A stretch of 12,559 nt of DNA from NCBI GenBank assembly GCA_046760505.1, contig JBHIEG010000040.1, forward strand, positions 1 through 12,559, written 5' to 3'. The position numbers were made by a program, and so were the translations under genes. Below the pieces are notes generated by a model that made no database searches, was not told where the DNA came from, and saw nothing but the letters and a program-made list of their open reading frames with translations. This document shows positions 6,874 to 12,559 of this stretch, one piece after another; position 1 is the first letter of the stretch, and the number at the start of each line of letters is the position of its first letter. This DNA is from Candidatus Hydrothermarchaeota archaeon (GTDB lineage Archaea; CAYFZR01).

Positions 6874-8897
6874 ATGAAGGGAAAATCATCTAAATCCGAA
6901 CCTCCGCAAAGGAGAAGAGCCACCATGGGAGGCAACAAATCCCTTGGGCCTGTAATCAACTTAGAGGAGCATGTAGAACCCGATTGGTGGCGACGCATAT
7001 TCAATTCAATCTACTTAAGAACAGATGCAGATGTGGTGAATGATCAGGACATCACCAGGAAGGAAGTTGATTTATTTTCAGAAATTCTCAGGCTCTCCCC
7101 CGAGGATAAAATTCTGGATCTATGTTGTGGACAAGGACGGCATTCCCTTCAACTAGCAAGGTGGGGGTTTCCAAATGTTGAGGGCTTGGATCGCTCGCAC
7201 TACCTGATTCAACAAGCCAAAACACAGGTGAAAAAAGAAGGGCTAAATGTTAGATTTAGAGAAGGGGATGCCCGGAAGCTCTCGTACTTACCCGATAGCT
7301 TTGATGTGGTGATGATACTGGGGAACAGTTTTGGCTATTTTGAAACAATTCAGGACGACCTGAGAGTTCTAAAAGAGGTTTCCAGAGTTCTCAAGCCCTG
7401 AGGAAGACTCCTCATCGATGTTGCTGATGGGACATACTTGCAGGAACACTTTCAACCCAGATCCTGGGAATGGATAGACCAAAAGCGCTTTGTCTGTCGG
7501 GAGCGTTCTCTATCATTGGACAAACAGCGTCTAATCTCACGAGAAGGGGTTACCCATGTGGAAAAAGGGATTATTGCGGATCAATTTTATGCTGAGAGAC
7601 TTTACACCTGTGATAGTCTGAACGAACTCCTGAAAAAAGCGTGCTTCAGCGACATTACCATACATGGTGCGATATCACCTGATTCACAGCAAAATCAAGA
7701 TTTGGGGATGATGGCTAGACGAATCATTGTAACCGCTGTAATCCGTAAAGAGTGGACACCAATAAAAGTCAAGAAAAAAAGGATTTCAACAAGTGTGGTT
7801 GTGATTCTTGGTGATCCCACAAAATCTGATCCACTGAAGCCTTTGGGTATCTTTGATGAAGATGACTTCTATACCATGGATCAACTGAAAGGCGCATTGA
7901 GAGAATTGGAGCAGACCGGAAATTACTGGTTTACATACCTTACCAATCACGATACACTAATTCAAGACCTCATCAAACTCAAAGAAAAAGGTAAATTGGA
8001 CCTTGTCTTGAATCTGTGTGATGAAGGGTATTCCAATGACTGGACAAAAGAACTCCATGTGCCAGCTTTGCTGGACATATTGAGAATTCCTTACACCGGA
8101 GCTGGACCTCAATGTCTTGCTTACTGCTACGACAAATCATTGGTACGTGGCATCGCCAAGCAGATGGGAATTCCTGCACCCGAATCCTTTTTCGTCAAAC
8201 CAGAAGATAGAACTTTTGAACTTCCATTTGATTTTCCTGTCATGGTAAAACCAAACTTCGGGGATTCCAGTTTTGGGATCACCCAAAGGAGCGTAGCATA
8301 CAGCATTGAGGAATTTATGAATGCGATTTCCGAAATACGAGAAAAATTTGGCTATGATAAACCCGTTCTTGTCGAGGAATTCCTTACCGGAAAAGATTTA
8401 ACCGTGGTATCATTGGTAATTCTCCTGAGGATTATACTGTTTTGCCCATAGCCGAAGAGGATTATTCATCGCTTCCGGAAGGACTTCCAAAAATCTGTGG
8501 CTACGAAGCCAAATGGCTCCCTGATTCTCCATACTGGAACCTTCGTTCCATTCCCGCAGAATTACCTGACGAAACGGAAAAACTCATTGTTGAATGTTGT
8601 TTGAAACTATTTGAACGGCTTGAGTGCAGGGATTACTGCCGATTTGACTGGAGACTTGATTCAGAAAGTAATCCAAAACTCCTTGAGGTAAACCCCAACC
8701 CTGGTTGGTGCTGGGATGGTCATCTTGCCAAGATGGCAAAAATTGCAGGAATTTTGTATAATGAAATGCTGAAAATGATCTTAGAGGCCGCTGAGCAAAG
8801 GTTAAAACTTCTGGAAGAGACTGAATTGGAGAAAAACCAAATGGAGGAGCAAAATAGGTATGAAAGCCTGGATTCTTGTAAAGAAAGGAATTTTTAA
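6874..8897 (+). pseudogene. class I SAM methyltransferase fused to a D-Ala-D-Ala ligase-like ATP-grasp domain, disrupted by an in-frame TGA (7399-7401) and a 1-nt deletion (about 8406)
   Basis: ORFs 6874-7401 and 7438-8451 share a frame and read VLKP*GRLLIDVAD, the post-motif-III strand of a methyltransferase; motif I is ILDLCCGQGRH. The ligase half has IPYTGA, DKSL, VKPNFGDSSFGI and VEEFLTG, then continues in the -1 frame as GIIGNSPEDYTVLPI...RDYCRFDWR...LLEVNPNPG. Confidence 0.88.
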
Positions 8898-8964
8898 TTC
8901 TTACGAAAACAGACGTTTTCATGAAGAAGCCAAACAAATGCGAATTGAACTTGGTTCTCTATGA
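8860..8964 (+). pseudogene. truncated N-terminal stub of a RimK-family ATP-grasp ligase
   Basis: Manual translation gives MKAWILVKKGIFNSYENRRFHEEAKQMRIELGSL*, resembling RimK N-termini (MKxxIL...YxxxRxxExA...IE). GGAGGAG lies upstream and the ORF overlaps the previous stop. Confidence 0.5.
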
Positions 8965-9089
8965 TGTTAAAACTGGGCCTTTCACGGTGTGAAAGATTTT
9001 GCTTACCCGTCCAAATTCTGCTTACGCAGAACTTCTTTTGCACCGATACTGTTGTCTGCCATATTACTCAGCATGGGAGGTAATTAAAG

Positions 9090-10154
9090 ATGTTGAAACT
9101 TATTAAGAAAAGATCAGAAAAGGTTGGTCTTCCTCCAGGAACTCTGGTTCATATAGGAGAAAAAAAGACCGAGAAAGTAAGGATTACCATTATTGACTAT
9201 GATGAAACTAATTTTGAGGAGAAACAGATAAAAACGGTTGAGGAATGTTTTCCTTTTAAAGATAAATCAACGGTAACCTGGATTAACATCGATGGAATTC
9301 ACGATCTAGAGATTATCAAAAAAATCGGAAGGCATTTTGACTTACATCCACTGATTCTGGAAGACATTGTAAATACCGAACAACGCCCGAAAACAGAGGA
9401 TTTTGGAGATTACATCTATATCATTTTAAAAATGCTTTATTATAATGAAAAAGAGGATGAAATTCAGGCGGAACAAGTCAGTTTGATTCTGGGCGCAAAT
9501 TTTGTAATTTCTTTCCAAGAAAGGAAAGGGGATCTTTTCAGCCCCATCAGAGAAAGAATTGCGAGTGGGAAGGGTCGCATAAGAAAAATGGGAGCCGATT
9601 ATCTTACCTACGCTCTGATAGACACCATCGTTGACAGCTACTTTATAATCCTGGAAAAACTTGGAGAAAAAATAGAATCTATGGAAGAAGAGTTAGTCGC
9701 TAATCCAACACCAGAAACCCTCCGGGCTATTGACCATTCAAAAAGAGAGATGATATCTTTGCGTAAATCGGTCTGGCCTTTAAGGGAGATAGTGAGTCTT
9801 CTAGAAAGAGGAGAATCAATACTTATTCATGAATCTACCCGCATATACTTAAGAGATGTTTATGATCACACAATTCAGGTAATTGATACCATAGAGACCT
9901 CTCGGGACACGCTTTCCGGGATGCTTGATATTTATCTTTCCAGCATCAGCAATAGAATGAACCAGGTTATGAAAGTATTAACGATTATTGCTACCATATT
10001 TATTCCCTTGACTTTTATAGCGGGCATTTATGGAATGAATTTTGGTTATATGCCAGAGCTTGAATCGCCTTGGGGTTATCCTGTGGTTTTGCTGGTGATG
10101 GTTGGGATAGGTATTTCTATGTTAGTTTATTTCAAAAGAAAGAAGTGGTTATAA
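9090..10154 (+). CDS. corA: magnesium/cobalt transporter CorA
   Basis: GLPPGTLVHIG N-terminus, LHPLILEDI, QRPK, and the YGMNF..MPEL signature between two C-terminal TM helices. SD GGAGGT. Confidence 0.97.
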   Translation: MLKLIKKRSEKVGLPPGTLVHIGEKKTEKVRITIIDYDETNFEEKQIKTVEECFPFKDKSTVTWINIDGIHDLEIIKKIGRHFDLHPLILEDIVNTEQRPKTEDFGDYIYIILKMLYYNEKEDEIQAEQVSLILGANFVISFQERKGDLFSPIRERIASGKGRIRKMGADYLTYALIDTIVDSYFIILEKLGEKIESMEEELVANPTPETLRAIDHSKREMISLRKSVWPLREIVSLLERGESILIHESTRIYLRDVYDHTIQVIDTIETSRDTLSGMLDIYLSSISNRMNQVMKVLTIIATIFIPLTFIAGIYGMNFGYMPELESPWGYPVVLLVMVGIGISMLVYFKRKKWL

Positions 10155-10229
10155 AAGAGAAAGAAGGGGAAGAATGACTTTAAGAATATGTTTTAAAAAA
10201 TTCAAAAGTAAACTTAGGAGGCTTCAGTA

Positions 10230-10892
10230 ATGGGTGGAATTATCTTTATAATCATTGTGGTGTTTATTATTGTTATGATAAGAAAGGTAGCTGCGGTAGC
10301 CCTTCAGCTCACCGGTCTTGATAAGCCAACAGCAAGCTTTCAGGCTCTTTCAGCCCTCACCGGCACAGGCTTTACCACCAGGGAGGCAGAATTGGTGCTT
10401 AATCATCCAATGAGGCGACGAATAATTTCTCTTCTCATGATCACCGGAAATGCGGGAATGGTGGCGGTTATTGCTGCACTGGTCTCGTCTTTTCTGACCG
10501 TAACCTCTGCCTGGGCGATATTACGTTTCGTTGTTCTCATAGTAGCCCTCTATCTAATATTTAAAATGGCCACTCACACCAGGCTCGCACGCTTGCTATC
10601 TAAGAAAATAGGGGAGAAACTTCAGGAAAACTTCAAACTTCAGAAAAGAACTGTAGAGCGAATTCTCGACCTTGGAGAAGACTTCGGTATCGCTGAGATT
10701 ACCCTATATGAAGGCTCCCCCTCTGTGGGAAAGACCCTGGCTACCTCGGATTTGCGCAAAAAGAAAATTCTGGTTTTAGCTATTGAAAGAGACGAAGAAA
10801 GAATTCTGGTGCCCAAGGGAAACCATAAGCTCCATACTGGAGATAACCTCATTTGCTATGGCAGCTTTACAGAAATGAGAGCCATAACTTAG
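10230..10892 (+). CDS. membrane protein with a Trk/Ktr-like pore loop and C-terminal TrkA-C (RCK_C) domain
   Basis: TM-[FQALSALTGTGFTTREAE]-TM-TM, followed by SPSVGKTL...ILVLAIER...VP.GN..L..GD.LI.YG (RCK_C). SD AGGAGG. Confidence 0.85.
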   Translation: MGGIIFIIIVVFIIVMIRKVAAVALQLTGLDKPTASFQALSALTGTGFTTREAELVLNHPMRRRIISLLMITGNAGMVAVIAALVSSFLTVTSAWAILRFVVLIVALYLIFKMATHTRLARLLSKKIGEKLQENFKLQKRTVERILDLGEDFGIAEITLYEGSPSVGKTLATSDLRKKKILVLAIERDEERILVPKGNHKLHTGDNLICYGSFTEMRAIT

Positions 10893-10954
10893 GTGAGATC
10901 TCCAGTCTCCTCAAGACTTCACGCTGCCCTTCCTCAGTTTTAAGGGGGTTCAAG

Positions 10955-12434
10955 ATGAGATTTCCAGTTAAGGACACTTTAACGGACGAAGAAATCCAAT
11001 CCGGTCTTAGAGCTATCATAAAGGATGGTTTAACCTCTCAAACGATGGTTACCCTGACGGGAGGCGCCTTCCTGGTAGCCTTCGCTTTAACACTCGGAGC
11101 TTCTAACCTGGTAATTGGGCTCCTAGCGACTATCCCTCCCTTGATGCAACTGATTCAGATTCCTTCGATTTATTTGGTTGAAAGATATCGACTCAGACGA
11201 GCAATTACTGTGTACACATCGGCAGTAAGCAGGCTGTTCTGGTTGTTAGTTGCCTTGATCCCGTTCTTAGTCTCTATTGAAAAAAGACTCACCTTTCTCA
11301 TTGCTGCACTTTTCCTCCATTCGGCCTTTGCTGCGGTTGGAGGCACCAGTTGGAACTCCTGGATGCGTGATCTTGTACCGCAAGACCGATTGGGATCTTT
11401 TTTCGCCAAACGAATGAGCTTGGCTACAGCGTTAGGCATCCCTGTTAGCCTGGCTGCCGCATCTTACATTGACTTTTGGAAAAAGCTATTCCCCTCATTA
11501 TGAGCTGCAGGGCTATTCAATCCTTTTTTTACTCGGATTCCTGGTAGGTATGCTTGGTGTTTACTTCATCTCCAGCATACCCGAGCCTCGTATGAGCCTC
11601 CCCAAGGCAAGGCTAAGGTTTATCAGATTGATCCTCCAGCCATTTAAGGATGTCAATTTCAAAAACCTTATCATGTTTTCAGGTTCCTGGAGTTTTGCGG
11701 TCAATTTAGCTGCTCCCTTTTTTACGGTGTACATGCTTAAAAGGCTGCAATTAGACATGTCTTTTATTATTGCTCTCTTGGTACTGAGTCAACTCATGAG
11801 TCTTGTCTTTTTGCGAATTTGGGGGAAATTTTCCGACCGTTTTAGTAATAAGTCAGTACTTGGAGTAAGTGGCCCCTTGTTTGTGGGATACATTCTTGCC
11901 TGGAGTTTCACAACTATGCCCGAGAAATATTCCTTAACTATACCTCTATTAGTAGCTATACATGTCTTTATGGGTATTTCCACGGCAGGAGTAAATCTGG
12001 CTTCAGGAAATATCGGACTCAAATTGGCACCAAAAGGACAGGCAACTGCCTACTTAGCTCCCCGAAATATTATTACTTCGATGGCAGCGGGTATTGCACC
12101 AGTCTTAGGAGGCAGGCTTGCCGACTTTTTCGCAGAACGTGAGCTTTCTTGGACCCTCAGATGGACAGGTCCGGAAAGAGAACTCGTTTTTCGCACTCTA
12201 AGCTTCCAATACTGGGATTTTTTCTTCTTTTTCGCATTCCTAATCGGCTGGTATTCTATCCACCGATTGGCTATGGTAAAGGAAGTGGGAGAGGTCAAGG
12301 AAAAAATTGTGCTTCATGAACTTATTGCAGAGGTACGAAGGGCCACGAGAAGTCTTTCAACTGCTGGTGGACTTCGCCACCTGACTCAATTTCCTTTTTC
12401 AATTATCCGAATCACTCACAAAAGAAAAGAGTAG
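10955..12434 (+). pseudogene. MFS transporter split by a +1 frameshift at the C-run 11491-11494
   Basis: True start is likely ATG 10955 (SD AAGGGGG). The N-half has WNSWMRDLVP..RLGSFF and the C-half has WGKFSDRFSNK (motif A-like). Removing one C joins FWKKLF-P-HYELQGYS into one full-length ORF. Could be a sequencing error. Confidence 0.85.
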
Positions 12435-12528
12435 CGGCAGTGAATCAACTATAAAATGGGTACTGGACATTCCCTAAAAATTTCATATTGTTTTCTTCCG
12501 AAAGAAAAATTAATTACAAGGAGAAAAT

Positions 12529-12559
12529 ATGTTTCTAAAATCTCTTCTTCTTTCGTTTA
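12529..12559 (+). CDS. start of a CDS running off the window (MFLKSLLLFV...), possibly a signal peptide
   Basis: SD AAGGAG lies 5 nt before ATG 12529. A possible promoter is TGGACA (12464-12469), 16 bp, TATTGT (12486-12491). Confidence 0.5.
   Translation, partial: MFLKSLLLSF

Noticed and set aside
7399-7440. Selenocysteine or genome-wide TGA recoding
   Set aside because: The position corresponds to a non-catalytic LKPxG turn, not a Cys. TGA terminates the Yip1, ATP-grasp and CDP-alcohol transferase genes at natural ends, and the same gene carries a second lesion.
8898-8928. Hairpin TTCTT..GAAAAC-AGAC-GTTTTC..AAGAA as a terminator
   Set aside because: Weak AT-rich stem without a U-tract, lying inside the rimK-like stub.
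10853-10954. Extended N-terminus of the MFS ORF
   Set aside because: It overlaps the TrkA-C gene end. ATG 10955 has an SD and gives a typical start.
11478-11495. Programmed frameshift at G AAA AAG in the MFS gene
   Set aside because: That motif promotes -1 slippage, but joining the two halves requires +1. A single extra C explains it.
2324-12298. Minus-strand track ORFs (2324-2509, 3006-3326, 4639-5118, 6192-6398, 6484-6693, 7979-8179, 8584-8937, 10640-10852, 11170-11439, 11561-11758, 11789-12022, 12050-12298)
   Set aside because: All lie antisense within well-supported + strand genes and have no motifs; they are shadow ORFs.
1-12559. CRISPR array, tRNA/rRNA, transposase or integrase
   Set aside because: No regularly spaced direct repeats, cloverleaf/rRNA signatures or recombinase motifs were seen by eye.

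Overview
Bacterial chromosomal window, almost entirely + strand. It opens with the 3' part of mnmE, a Yip1-type membrane protein, an unlisted 37-aa minus-strand ORF resembling ribosomal protein L34, and a TetR regulator with a clear promoter and palindromic operator. Next is a translationally coupled three-gene operon: an ATP-grasp enzyme, a CDP-alcohol phosphotransferase and a GT4 glycosyltransferase. The ATP-grasp motifs look closer to ITPK1-type inositol-phosphate kinases than to RimK, which suggests an uncharacterised phospho-polyol/inositol glycolipid or solute pathway; this is the best candidate for a novel system. A 138-bp folded intergenic element and small hypothetical proteins follow. 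A methyltransferase-Ddl-like ATP-grasp fusion gene is disrupted by an in-frame TGA and a frameshift, and is followed by a truncated rimK-like stub and a hairpin-rich, possibly attC-like segment. The window ends with corA, a pore-loop/TrkA-C membrane protein, a frameshifted MFS transporter and the start of another CDS. All family calls come from motif recognition by eye; no searches were run.
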